Shown here one piece after another: positions 14,224-25,883 of a DNA stretch of 39,411 bases; position 1 is the first letter of the stretch, and every line of letters begins with the position of its first letter. The notes below the pieces were generated by a model that was not told the DNA's origin, ran no database searches, and saw nothing but the letters and a program-made list of their open reading frames with translations. The translations under genes and the position numbers were made by a program. This DNA is from Octopus bimaculoides (lineage: Eukaryota): NCBI RefSeq assembly GCF_001194135.2, contig NC_068982.1:120041575-120080985 (forward strand), read 5' to 3'.

Positions 14224-14592
14224 CTATTTCAAAACACATTAAATTCCGTTACGAAGAATATGTTAATCAAAACCAAACTTTAAGCATTTATCCACGGGAA
14301 AGAGACTTACTAAAGCATGAAATACATTGCTATCGAAGAAAAGTACATGAAAACTGTTAAACAATTACATTTTTAAGAAATAAAATTTAATTGATCACTA
14401 TCTCGTTATTTTTTAAACATATTCTTAGTATTTTTTTTTTAACTCAGAAAGTTTAAATTTCCTCATGTCAATTCAATCCATGTACCACTTAATAAATCTG
14501 GTCGCATTCTGACTTTTGTGCTGATGGCAAATTGACCCTGTGACGATTTTAGCGGCGACGAATCGGAGGGCAACGAATATATTCATATAAGC

Positions 14593-14616
14593 GGTGTGTG
14601 TGTGTATGTGTGTGTG

Positions 14617-14696
<80 letters not shown>

Positions 14697-14904
14697 CGTG
14701 CGAGAGAGACAGACAGACACAGAGAAAAACTAGTAAGTGTGTATTTATATGTATTCATGTGTGTGTGCTTGAGTGGGATCCGTATGTAGGAGAAAGTGTG
14801 GCTACGTAAACACTTAGAAATAGGTAGGTAAGCATACGTGAAAGCCACATACACGCAGATATACATATATATGTACGTATCTGTGTATGTATGGGTACTC
14901 TGAC

Positions 14905-14993
<89 letters not shown>

Positions 14994-14998
14994 TGTTT

Positions 14999-15033
<35 letters not shown>
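14593..15033. repeat. Two long (TG)n microsatellites
   Basis: (TG)n at about 14593-14692 and about 14908-15033. Confidence 0.95.
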
Positions 15034-15036
<3 letters not shown>

Positions 15037-15301
15037 ACAACACTCGTTATTTTCAAATATTAACAAAGAGAGGAAACTTCCTTTTCTCTTTACTGATGTC
15101 GGTTTGAACAGACAAAATAGTGGAAGGAAATGCTCTGTCACATATTTCTAAAATGTTCTGAGATCGATATTGAATTATTGACTCAGATTAACTTCTAAAT
15201 CATCAGATTCAATCTCTGACTAGAAATTAGTTTTTTCCTTCAGTAACCACAAGTATCATCTATAAAACCATTTTTAACTCCGTTCTGTTTACCGTTATAA
15301 G

Positions 15302-15470
15302 TGCAAACATAGCTGTGTGGTTAAGAAGTTCACTTTATAGACCAGTCTCTTCAGGTTCGATCACGCAACACGGTTCATTCATCTAATATTTTATGCCGAA
15401 ACATAAAGCTACCCAATACCTTGTGAATGGAATCTAATAGACCGCAATTGTTCGCAAGTTCAACATTAAA
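15302..15470 (+). mobile_element. Decayed tRNA-derived SINE
   Basis: A-box-like agctgtgtggttaag and B-box-like ggttcgatc, then ccaataccttgtgaatggaatctaatagac, similar in layout to the copy at 22.0-22.1 kb. Confidence 0.55.
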
Positions 15471-15574
15471 AATGTGTGTGTGTGAGAGAGAGAGAGTGTG
15501 TGTGGGGGGGGTGGGGTGACTTGCGTTAATGTATATCGTCCGTCATTTCTACCCTAAGCAAAAAACCTAAAATT

Positions 15575-15900
15575 TGGTGGGGTGTTGAGAGCTTCGAAAG
15601 ATCGCTTGTGGGCCATTGTACATTCATCCCAAACTATCAGCTGGCAACTCTGGAGAAGCAAGCCCTTTACAGACGTTTTGGTGATGTTACAGGATGGCAC
15701 TTCGGACCTTGCCAAATCAAATGGTAGCTTAAAGGTTGAATGCGCTGTCCTGCACCGAGCAGTCAGTAAAGTTGTTGCAATGCCAGAGGAGGCCACAGCT
15801 ACGGCTACGTCTTTTCGGTGCCTTACTTTACGAAGCAGAAGCTGAATAACGAACGTTTTTCCCGTCCCTCCAGGTGCAACAAGAAAAAATACCCCCTTTT
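15575..15900 (-). pseudogene. PIF1-like helicase fragment of the Helitron (Walker A and B)
   Basis: ORF 15554-16015 contains GGTGKT and WDE motifs. The helicase stops after motif II. Confidence 0.9.
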
Positions 15901-16029
15901 CGTTTCTGCATGTGGTCAAAGATAGTAATACAAGCCCACTGTTGCTCAGGCAGATGTTTGGGCTCATTTTGCTGGATGAATTGATTAGGGGCTTCAGTGT
16001 CATAGGACTTTTCACGTATTAACTCTGTT

Positions 16030-17813
16030 GGCCTACTTGGTATTGCGTTATTTCATCTCGGACTCCGTCTGGTTGCAGGCCAAACACAGCAGCATCAGCG
16101 CCTTTGTTGATGTACTTGCACACATATTTGATGGACTTTACAGAATTGCAGAGCTCGACATTTACGTGATCATCGGACACCTTCGACAGGATTGGGCAGT
16201 AAGGCACTATCCATCTGCTGTCTACTTCATACGGACCAACATGCGCTGTGAATCCACCGTCCTTTGGCTTCCTTCGTCTGTACAGAGGGTACCCATTGTG
16301 CCCGGATTGTGTTTCCTGGAGGAATTGTTTTGGGTATTTCTTGCTACAAACTGACCCTTTTGTGCAAGGCGATCGAAGATTGAATTCTCGTCCGCAGGGA
16401 CCATGGATCATGTTAGCCTTCACTGTCTTAAAAGAGTCCTGTCGATAGAGGGGTCAGGGAACTCGGCTGAGTTCAAATTGCCAATTGCATCGGATGCAAT
16501 CCGTGTGGACAACCGAATAAGGATATTAGCATGAGGAAAACTCTTTTTCTGACATTCGACGGTATACATGTCGCATCGCACGGGCCAAATATTTGGCCCT
16601 AGGCTATGAAGTTCATGAGTTTGTGCAACTTCAAATGGAAGACCCGCACGATGAGATCATCTCTGTCATTGGCCTGCTGATACTGAAAAAGTTCTATTCC
16701 CATCTCCCGCCGCCTAGAATTACAGGTGAAGTTGATAAATAAGTCAGGATGTCCGTAGTAGAGGACGTATGTCATTGCATCTTGAGTTCTTTCGTGCATG
16801 TAATGTGGGCCGCCAGTGAAAGATGACGGCAAGATGCACACCTGACCCAACCCTTCGGGTGATACGTCGTTGCTGAGACCATCCCTAAGATAGATGTAGC
16901 TATCTGATCGAAGTTTCTGCTGGTTAAACCTGATACAGGATAACCTCTCAGATTCCATTTTTGCACAAACATCGACGTCAAACTGGTGGAACAGGTCGCA
17001 CGATTGCTGGAGGGGGTTAGTGCAGTCGTGACGGAGCATGAAGCGGTACGAGTAGAACTTCATGCACGAAACTTGTTTGGTACTCGTTTCGTTTTGTCTG
17101 CGTGGCATCTGCTGGTGAAGACCCAGGTGGTAGCCATCTTCTCCGCGCACAAAAATAAGTGGATAGTGGAGCGCGACGTATGCTCTGTCTGTCTCGTTGA
17201 TGTGCTGTACAGTTTGGTCACGGCACGAAAGAACAATGCTTCAGGGGTTGTGCTGTTCACAGCCGAGCACAATGGCAATTTCGTTGCAATTGGGAACATT
17301 ATAGCGGCCAGAATGTTCATTTGCCGGTTGTTTGTCAGCGTCAATAACCACTGTGAAGTCCGGCACTGATGGAAATTCCAAAGCATACTTAAAGCTCTTT
17401 ACGTAAGAGTTATGCATGTGCAACATTTCCTGGAGCTGATGAATTACTTCAAAACTTGTGCTGGGGGAGATAGTTCTTCGGCGTGTCGCCTGTGTTCCCT
17501 AGTCACCGACAAAGTACACCTAGAGGAACTGCAGTGTTTCGTTGGCAGCAGGTAGAAGGGGTCCAATTCTGTGGTAAATCTGCCCCTGAATTTTAAATGT
17601 AAACATGAAGCCACCTTCCCTAACGATATTCGCACCAAATGGTGTCATCTGAAAGGCGCAGTTATACTTTCTAATGCTGCTCCGGAAGTGCCAGCATTCG
17701 TCATCTGCGCCTGTTAAAAGATACCGCAATGGCTCAGGTGGGTCGTCCGAAATGGGAAGGAAGACATTTGGAAAAGCACATGTCAGATGGTTGTCCAGCC
17801 CATTTCCTTGCAT
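16030..17813 (-). pseudogene. Helitron Rep (HUH endonuclease) region, frameshifted
   Basis: ORFs 17520-17813, 17241-17426, 16599-17150 and 16019-16423 carry consecutive Helitron Rep motifs in different frames. Confidence 0.9.
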
Positions 17814-18338
17814 TGCAGAAGGAGCAAACTTTTCGGATAGAGGAAATCACCAAGTCGGGGCGGTGGGCGTAATCACGATCATGCTTATAATCGAACGGTT
17901 CCCTTAACCATCGTGTACCAAACGAAACAGATAGACCCTGCTGGAGGGTTCGTCGGGCAGCAGAAGCTGCAAGGCGGCTGTATCTTTCTTCATCGGCTCC
18001 GGCATTGTGAACAGCAGCTGCAGAGGCTGCGTTGCTTGACCGTCGTTGAGCACATTGGTGTTCCGATTCGTTAGCTCGCGCGGACGCAGTTGAAGCAGCA
18101 TTACGTGACCGCCGTCGTGAACGTTTTTCTGGTGTTTCGGCAGCTCGGGCAGACGCTGTTGAGGCTGCGTTGCTGGACCGTCGTTGAGCACGTTGCTGTT
18201 CAGGTTAGGCAGCTCGTGTGGAAGCCCTTGATGCTGCAGTACGTGACCGTTCAGCAACACATGTGTGCATAAGGTCACTTTATGTGTATGCCTCCGATCA
18301 TGTGTGCAGGTTACGGGGGTGATTTCTTCACCATAACC

Positions 18339-18461
18339 NNNNNNNNNNNNNNNNNNNNNNNNNNNNNNNNNNNNNNNNNNNNNNNNNNNNNNNNNNNNNN
18401 NNNNNNNNNNNNNNNNNNNNNNNNNNNNNNNNNNNNNNNNNNNNNNNNNNNNNNNNNNNNN
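18339..18461. other. Assembly gap (N run)
   Basis: Ns inside the putative Helitron 5' region. Confidence 1.
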
Positions 18462-18591
18462 ATATATATATAGGATTTAATACACACACGGAAAATTTAA
18501 CAAAACTTTTTCTGTTTTTTATATTATATCCATGATATATAATTTATGTAACACATCGCACTCCTTATAATCTTTTTCCTATATGTATGTG

Positions 18592-18680
18592 TGTGTATGT
18601 ATGTATGTATGTATGTATGTATGTATGTATGTATGTATGTATGCATGCATGTATGTATGTATGTATGTATTATGTATGTA
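18592..18680. repeat. (TATG)n microsatellite
   Basis: Seen directly. Confidence 0.9.
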
Positions 18681-19591
18681 TCGCTCGGTGTGATCTACGA
18701 ATATAGATATTTACAATATGCAATAGATCTGCTGGTTGACCTGCTGGTAATTTATAACTATCTACGTTATTATTCAACTATTGCAATATATAATAAATAA
18801 ATCATTTACAAATGTTCCTTGAATTGGACAAGAGGCTAATATAACACTGGTAATAGTAAAATTCTCATGGAAAAACAATATATGTTACGTATCTTTGAGC
18901 AATTGGTAAATCAAAGTAATATGGGGTTCCTGATACTTGTTCTGCTCAAACAGTGACAAACTCCAACTAACCAAGCTGATCTCACCACCAGCTGTCTGAC
19001 CGTTTCAATCATGTCAAGAAAAATATAGAAATCTCTCGTTTAAGCGCTGATATATTTCTTAAGTTTTTAATATATTCAGATAAGCTGACAGCTTACATTG
19101 ATCCTACTGTTAAAATATAAAATGGCGGTCATAAATGATAACAGATAAAGTAATTGTGATAGAAAATAAATTTTCAATATTATTTTGTAAACATAAATAG
19201 GAATGTAAGATAGAATCGTAGAAGAGCTCACTTGTACATCTCACATTTTAATAACTTTTTGACAATGTAAATGACCTTTGGAATAAGCACGCTTCTCCTC
19301 ATTGACTGACCAAGAGACAAACAACACTGACGTAAAAATATCATGGGTCACTACGTACAATTCAAAGTGGCTCTATTATGTGATAAACTTCATAAATTAT
19401 TTATAAATTATTTATTAGACACAATGATTTCTCTGAAATATTATACAATGTCTGAATTAGATTACAGGTTTTCTGAGACATATTAAGAAAATAGCTTTGA
19501 ATTAACATCAATTTTCAGAAAATAAGTTTGGAAATCATATTTTCTGGGAATTGATGTAGTTTTACAAAATAATAACATTAATAATAGTAAT

Positions 19592-19775
19592 GGTTTCAGG
19601 TTTTGGCTCAAGGCCAATAACGTAGTGGTGTGGGTAAGTTGATTACATCGACCCAGTACTCAACTCGTACGTATTTTATCGAAACCGAAAGGTTGACAGG
19701 TAAATTCGTCCTCGGCGGAATTAGAACTCAGAGCGTAAAGACGGACGAAATTCTGCTAAGCACTTCGCCCGGCGC
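19592..19775 (-). mobile_element. tRNA-derived SINE (same family as 36876-37066)
   Basis: Shares ...acatcgacccagtactcaactcgtac...ttatcga...aaagg...cctcggcggaatt.gaactcaga.cgtaaag with the 36.9-kb copy. The minus strand has a B-box-like gagttctaattcc. An (AAT)-rich tract lies on the tail side. Confidence 0.85.
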
Positions 19776-19802
19776 ATGACCTTTCGAATAAGCAAATTAA
19801 GC

Positions 19803-19892
19803 GATTACACCGAGGACTTTAAAGAGATTACACCGTGGATGTTTAAGAGATTACACCGGGGACATTTTAAGATTACACTGGGGACGTTTAAC
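19803..19892. repeat. Minisatellite, 4 x 22-23 bp (GATTACACCGNGGACNTTTAAGA)
   Basis: Units gattacaccgaggactttaaaga, gattacaccgtggatgtttaaga, gattacaccggggacattttaa and gattacactggggacgtttaa, head-to-tail with no spacers. Confidence 0.9.
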
Positions 19893-20380
19893 ATGTGAGA
19901 ACGATAAATCACCACTCCGAAACTTATCCCAAAACATCGGAAATAAAGACATCGCATGGAGCCAAAACTAGTTGACAAAGGGTTGGACTATATCCGAGTA
20001 AGTAATACTCATTGAAATTTATTTCTATTTTCCAAATGAAATTATGTATTTTAACTGGGTCTCCACTGCTCGCACAGCGCATGGAAACACGCTTCATACA
20101 TCAACACCAGGTCATCTCCGGCCCCAAACACCATGTACAAAAAAATTACAAATGAATTAAATAATACCGGTATTATTCCAAGCAAGAATAACAATCGGGA
20201 AGTGCGTACTTTAAACTTGTTACACAAAAAGTACGAAAAACTACACGTGCAAAACAATCTGACCGGTACCCTATGAAAATGATGATCGTCAAAATAAAGG
20301 GCTGGACGTTGTTCCTCATGTCCCGCAAATTAAACCAAAACAGCATAAATGGACACTTGAGGAATATATTTTAGGCCTAC

Positions 20381-20480
20381 NNNNNNNNNNNNNNNNNNNN
20401 NNNNNNNNNNNNNNNNNNNNNNNNNNNNNNNNNNNNNNNNNNNNNNNNNNNNNNNNNNNNNNNNNNNNNNNNNNNNNNNN
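20381..20480. other. Assembly gap (100 N)
   Basis: Seen directly. Confidence 1.
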
Positions 20481-20629
20481 TATATATATATATATCATAT
20501 ATATCATATATATGTATATGTTTGTATATGTATATATCTATGTATATATCTATGTATATATGTATGCATGTATGTATGTATGCATATATAACATATATAT
20601 ATACATATGTATGGTTGTATGAATGAATC

Positions 20630-20701
<72 letters not shown>

Positions 20702-20918
20702 ATACGCACATATATACATACACATACATATGCATAATTATGACTAGGAAGTGAAGCAAGTGTATTAGTTTAAGACTCGGGAAGAATGGAAAAATCTTTT
20801 ACATTTCGATCCTACGCTCTTCGACATAGAAAATTAAGAGGAAAAAAGGGGAGAGAATAAAAGAAAGACGGAGAGAGAAAAAAATAGAGAGGTTAACCAT
20901 TCAGTATGATGAGTGTGT

Positions 20919-20954
<36 letters not shown>

Positions 20955-21564
20955 NNNNNNNNNNNNNNNNNNNNNNNNNNNNNNNNNNNNNNNNNNNNNN
21001 NNNNNNNNNNNNNNNNNNNNNNNNNNNNNNNNNNNNNNNNNNNNNNNNNNNNNNNNNNNNNNNNNNNNNNNNNNNNNNNNNNNNNNNNNNNNNNNNNNNN
21101 NNNNNNNNNNNNNNNNNNNNNNNNNNNNNNNNNNNNNNNNNNNNNNNNNNNNNNNNNNNNNNNNNNNNNNNNNNNNNNNNNNNNNNNNNNNNNNNNNNNN
21201 NNNNNNNNNNNNNNNNNNNNNNNNNNNNNNNNNNNNNNNNNNNNNNNNNNNNNNNNNNNNNNNNNNNNNNNNNNNNNNNNNNNNNNNNNNNNNNNNNNNN
21301 NNNNNNNNNNNNNNNNNNNNNNNNNNNNNNNNNNNNNNNNNNNNNNNNNNNNNNNNNNNNNNNNNNNNNNNNNNNNNNNNNNNNNNNNNNNNNNNNNNNN
21401 NNNNNNNNNNNNNNNNNNNNNNNNNNNNNNNNNNNNNNNNNNNNNNNNNNNNNNNNNNNNNNNNNNNNNNNNNNNNNNNNNNNNNNNNNNNNNNNNNNNN
21501 NNNNNNNNNNNNNNNNNNNNNNNNNNNNNNNNNNNNNNNNNNNNNNNNNNNNNNNNNNNNNNNN
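20955..21564. other. Assembly gap (N run)
   Basis: Flanked by (TA)n on both sides. Confidence 1.
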
Positions 21565-21661
21565 ATATATATATATATATATATACATATATATAAAAGT
21601 AAAATAGGCTGCTCCATGTTACTACTAGTTTAATCGCAAGCAGATCTTCCCACAGCTGGTA

Positions 21662-21790
21662 ATACATATATATTTGTAGCTGGGGGAGCGAACCCCTACT
21701 ATCCCCTCGTGAACCCCTACCATCGTCGCGATCCTGGTATCTGCTAGAGGATAGTAGGAGTTCGCACCCCTGCTAGCAATGTATATGTAT
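21662..21790. mobile_element. Small fold-back (MITE-like) element with about 45-bp imperfect inverted arms
   Basis: Left arm atacatatatatttgtagctgggggagcgaacccctactatccc versus reverse complement of right arm atacatatacattgctagcaggggtgcgaactcctactatcctc. Confidence 0.65.
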
Positions 21791-22019
21791 ATACAGGGTG
21801 TAGCGCCGCACAGATAGCCATCTAGTGGAATATCTGCCTGGGGCTAAACTATTAGTAACATGGAACAGCCACTTTGATATGGCGATTAACTTTACTTATT
21901 AGTATAGTTACTGCTCTGATCTCTTCCTCAGATTTTACAACTAGCTATTTTGCTTGTTGTAAATCAGTGACCGCTGGTCGCTTTGTTTACAATATATTGC
22001 TGGCTATTCGCCATTGAAG

Positions 22020-22142
22020 AAGGCTATGGTCTCGACCGAAGGCTATAGTAGAAGACACTTTTCCAAAGTGCCAAGCAGTGGGACTAAACTCGGAACCTTG
22101 CTGTTTTCAAGCATACCTCTTGTACCACAGCCATGCCTGCAC
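22020..22142 (-). mobile_element. tRNA-derived CORE-like SINE
   Basis: Minus strand reads gcaggcatggctgtggtacaagagg...gttccgagtttagtcccactgcttggcactttggaaaagtgtcttctactatagcc, i.e. A/B-box-like head plus a 'cttgggcaagtgtctt'-type core. Confidence 0.75.
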
Positions 22143-23218
22143 GCACATTCACACACACAAGCGCATGCACACACACACTAATACATACATACATACATAA
22201 TACATACATGCATGCATACATACATGTCCATACTCTTGCGCATTGGTACACACCCACACATACAAATACATACACACATCAGCATATTATTTTACATTTA
22301 TTGTTCTATACCTCGAAAATCTTATCCTTCGTATTTATTCTTCTTGATACAAATAAGCGTATTATATACACTTGCATATTCATTCCTACCTTATACAATT
22401 TCTTGATGTGTGGAACTCTTCATAATACATTTTGAAACTAGAAGTCTTCTCGTTTTAGTAATCATGGAATTGTTTCAATTAAAATCAATATAAAATCGTT
22501 TAATTTCTTTACAGTTTTCTATAAAATATCACGCAATTATCTATTCCAAACCACTCTAACATCATATTATACCTCAATATTGAAACCACTGTAACACGAA
22601 TCAATATATATATATAGTGGCCCTACTTAACTTTACATGTTGTTGTAGTTGTGACATCAGAGAAGTGATAAAATACTTCAATATCAGTAAACCATCACTG
22701 CTGACTCTGTTTTCAACTTTAATATAATGAATTCATATATTTTCTCTCCTTGTAGAATAACTGTCCCCATCACATGATAAGTACTGCTGGTAAATCTACA
22801 ACAATACACTGATGCAAAGATTACAAATGTTGAGATTCAAGTACTTGAGTAATCAGAAATAAAGAAAAAACTTGAACGTAACAAATACGTTGCCCGAAAG
22901 TGTTCTGTATTATGATGAGAAAGGTTTAAGGATAAAACGCTAAATTACAAAATGTGCTCTAGCAACTCTTTTAACATGAATTACATATACTGTATCTTCA
23001 TTTCTAACATCGTAATCATATAACTTTTGGGGCTATCCCTACACATTATGTAATCCTTTATTTGTTGTTTTTTTATTATATACCTGGAAGAGACTGGTTG
23101 CAGTAAAAAAGGAATTAGGTATTTTATATGTCATCAAGCGTTCACCGCCCTCTATCAGTCGAGTGATGCCGCCAGTGTAAGTTCTACTTCAGCGCCATAA
23201 CATTGCTGAATAAGTGTT

Positions 23219-24458
23219 ATGGCATCTTTGGGGAAACTCGAAGTATCGACGACAACGAACTAGCTTATCTGTTCGTGTTCGGGAATGACTTTTGAGCCGG
23301 AGATTGAGGTAGCAGAGGTGGACGAAATTGAAGAATGTCTAAATGAAATTAAGCACGTAACACAATTTCACGCGAGAGGCAAGAAATGTGGTACAATCGT
23401 GGTGCGTTTCAAGAGTGAAGAAGAGGCGAAGGGGTACTCCACTGTACCCCTGAGAACAGATAAGTGGGCACTTTTGCCTGTATACTGCGGCAGAAGAGCA
23501 GCAAGGATAAGAATAGGAAGAATACCCCACGAGGTAGATGAAGAATGGTTAGTAGCAGCAGTAAATTTTAATTGCAAGGAGGAGGTGGAAATTGTGAAAG
23601 TGGAAAAACCAAAGATCAACTGGTGGGATTTTGAGTTAGAAATTTTAACTCATATAACCCTACCAGATTGCGGATGAGTTGGTGCTCCCCGATGACACCC
23701 GACTGAGAGTCGTGGTGGAGGGGAGGCCACCCGTGTGCTATAAATGCAGAAGTAGGGGACACATGCAGGCAAAGTGTCCCCTAAGAGAATTGGATATAGA
23801 AGAGTTACAGATTGTGGAGGTGCATAAAGACGTTATGAGAGAGGAAGATGAAGAAAAAGAGGAAGAGAAAGAAGAAAAAGAGGAACTGAAAGAAGAAAAA
23901 CAGGAAAAAGAGGAAGATAAAGAGGAAAATTAAGAGGAAGTGAAAATGGAAGTCGCAGCAGACAGAAAAAGAGCTCGGGTGGATTCGCCACCAAAAACAC
24001 CAAAAACGAAGAGAGGAAAAACGAAGATAGTAGATGAGATAAAGGAGACAGAAATTAGAACTCAAGAAGCGGTGCAAGTAACGAGTGAAGTAATTGAAGC
24101 AGAAAGGAAGAAAAAAGGGGCCGAGTTGGTAGATAAAGTGCTAAAACGAATGGAATATTGTAAAAATGTAGAAAGACCTAAGGGACAGAATTTGAGAAGG
24201 CTGGTGTTCTATGATAAAGGAACGGAGATAGAAAAAAGATTATCTAAGATGAAAGGACGGGTGAGAGTGAAACTGGGTAAATATACGTTCAAACCAGAGG
24301 AAAAAGCAGAGTTGATGGAGAAAGAAAGGATGGAAAGATTGAGAGAGTTGTTTCCGGACAATGTCAGAAAGTCGAAAGGATATGTGCGTTACGAAAGTCT
24401 ACCTAATATGGTAGATTTGGACCATCTAAGGGAGTTCATAACGGACGAAATTTTTTAA
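23219..24458 (+). pseudogene. Non-LTR retrotransposon ORF1 (gag-like) with CCHC zinc knuckle, disrupted; no ORF2 adjacent
   Basis: ORFs 23285-23677, 23679-23933 and 23940-24458 join into about 410 aa. The last two are in one frame split by a single TAA (23931-23933) in an E-rich tract. There is a frameshift near 23650-23670 and probably another near 23260-23280. Contains VVVEGRPPVCYKCRSRGHMQAKC (CX2CX4HX4C) after an RRM-like beta-rich segment, as in L1/Tx1-type ORF1p. Confidence 0.8.
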
Positions 24459-25039
24459 GATAAAAAAACTGTATACAAGAACAGTAAAATGTAATTGCAA
24501 GCTTTGGGGATGGGCTCCTAAGCCATTAAATCTTTTCATTATAAATATCACGTTATATACCCATCATTCGTTATCTGTATCCCACGTTTTATGTTGTCTG
24601 TCCTTGTGGTGTCCATTCTTTGTAAGGGCTATATACCCGTAAAAAAGATAATAGTAGTTGAGAAGAGGTCATCCGAACGTGCGATATAACAGTGGTGACG
24701 AAGATTTCGTAGCTCACACAACCACTGTGTAGTATTGCGATATAACACATAGTACAAAGCGTAGACACAGAAACAGGTAGGAGATGCTTTCCCGTATGAT
24801 CTGAAAGTGATAATGCTGCCAATGGTGGTTATAGCAAAATAAGAGTTTCTCGTATGACTTTACCAACCCCAGCATCTCGGCCTCAAACAGGCTACCTCGA
24901 TGTAATCCCTATAAACATGATACATATGAGGGATTTTAATATACCCGGTTTCCTACATAAAAACCATTAGGGCAGATCAATCATCATCGCCATAAGTTTT
25001 ATTATTTTACCATACGCAAAACATTTCTAATATTCACAA

Positions 25040-25300
25040 ACATACGAGACCAAGGAACATGGTATTCAATAGAAAGTATAAACAGATAGCTTTCAATGGA
25101 GCTTTTAACCGCACAGCGTACTTCATGGATGCTACATTAATTTTCACTGCTGAATTTCACCGTTTGGGTAACACTGCGTCTGATCTTTATGCCCAAATCT
25201 ATAACCAATTTATACGCCCAACCGTAATATGGCAGAAGCCATGGCTTCTCACCTCCAGATGGGGACGCTTTTAGAACTATCTCTTTCATTTAACTGTCAG
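25040..25300 (+). mobile_element. Possible very old LINE RT C-terminal remnant
   Basis: MVFNRK...IAFNG and QIYNQFIRPTVIW..PWLLTSR loosely resemble post-RT 'KTK.M...I..NG' and 'IYNA.VRP.L.YG.E.W.LT' motifs. Weak. Confidence 0.3.
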
Positions 25301-25688
25301 TATATTTCTATGGAAAGCATATATTTTCAAAGACATCAATTATGAAGAAGCACAAAGGTCTGATCACATTCTTCTGATATAGCTCTTACGTATTTATCAG
25401 CACTAACGGACTGTTAAATCGCATATGACCCACCACTTTTCTGTCGTTAACCTGAACTATATCTGGTAAATCCTTGAAATCGATTGAGAAATGCTACATC
25501 ATTGATTTAAATTTTCCATGAAAGTAACATAAAACAATGAAAATATCAATAAATGTATCTTGTATTAAACCATGAACATTTCAATATAAAGGGAAATATC
25601 TTTACTACCAACTAAAGTGAATATTTCATAAAAACAGTATATGTATAATAGACATACACAGGCACACATACACACAGACACACACGCA

Positions 25689-25727
<39 letters not shown>

Positions 25728-25881
25728 GTATATATATGTATATATAGACACTTATATACACACGTAAATATTGTTTTTTATTTACTTCGAAGATATGAAA
25801 TTGTACCTTCAAACAGATGTTATTATATTAGGAGTGTAATTTTTACCATTAACACACTCACTTTATTTCACACCTCTATGT

Positions 25882-25883
<2 letters not shown>

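Larger units (their letters stand above)
15575..18475 (-). mobile_element. Helitron (RepHel) pseudogene, internally deleted and 3'-truncated
   Basis: Minus strand in order: 23-aa repeats, CxxC zinc region (VCSFCNARKW), IRKYNCAFQMTPFGA, TFKIQGQIYHRIGPLLP, ILPSSFTGGPHYMHERTQDAM, GHPDLFINFTCN, degenerate HUH region, MIHGPCG, KYVCKYINKG, then PIF1 helicase APGGTGKT, VASSGIA, TAHSTFKLP, VWDECTM. A putative 5' terminus A|TCCTATATATA lies at 18475, across a gap. Confidence 0.95.

Noticed and set aside
15575-15900. Host PIF1 gene
   Set aside because: It lies colinear with Helitron Rep motifs, is intronless, frameshifted and truncated, so it is the Helitron helicase.
19803-19892. Regular 22-23-bp repeats as a CRISPR array
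   Set aside because: No spacers, degenerate head-to-tail units, eukaryotic context and no cas genes.
22756-22789. Plus-strand 34-nt exon candidate (tctccttgtag|...ctg|gtaaat; NNCPHHMISTA)
   Set aside because: Short, with no recognisable protein and no partner exons. It shows that chance splice-signal pairs occur here.
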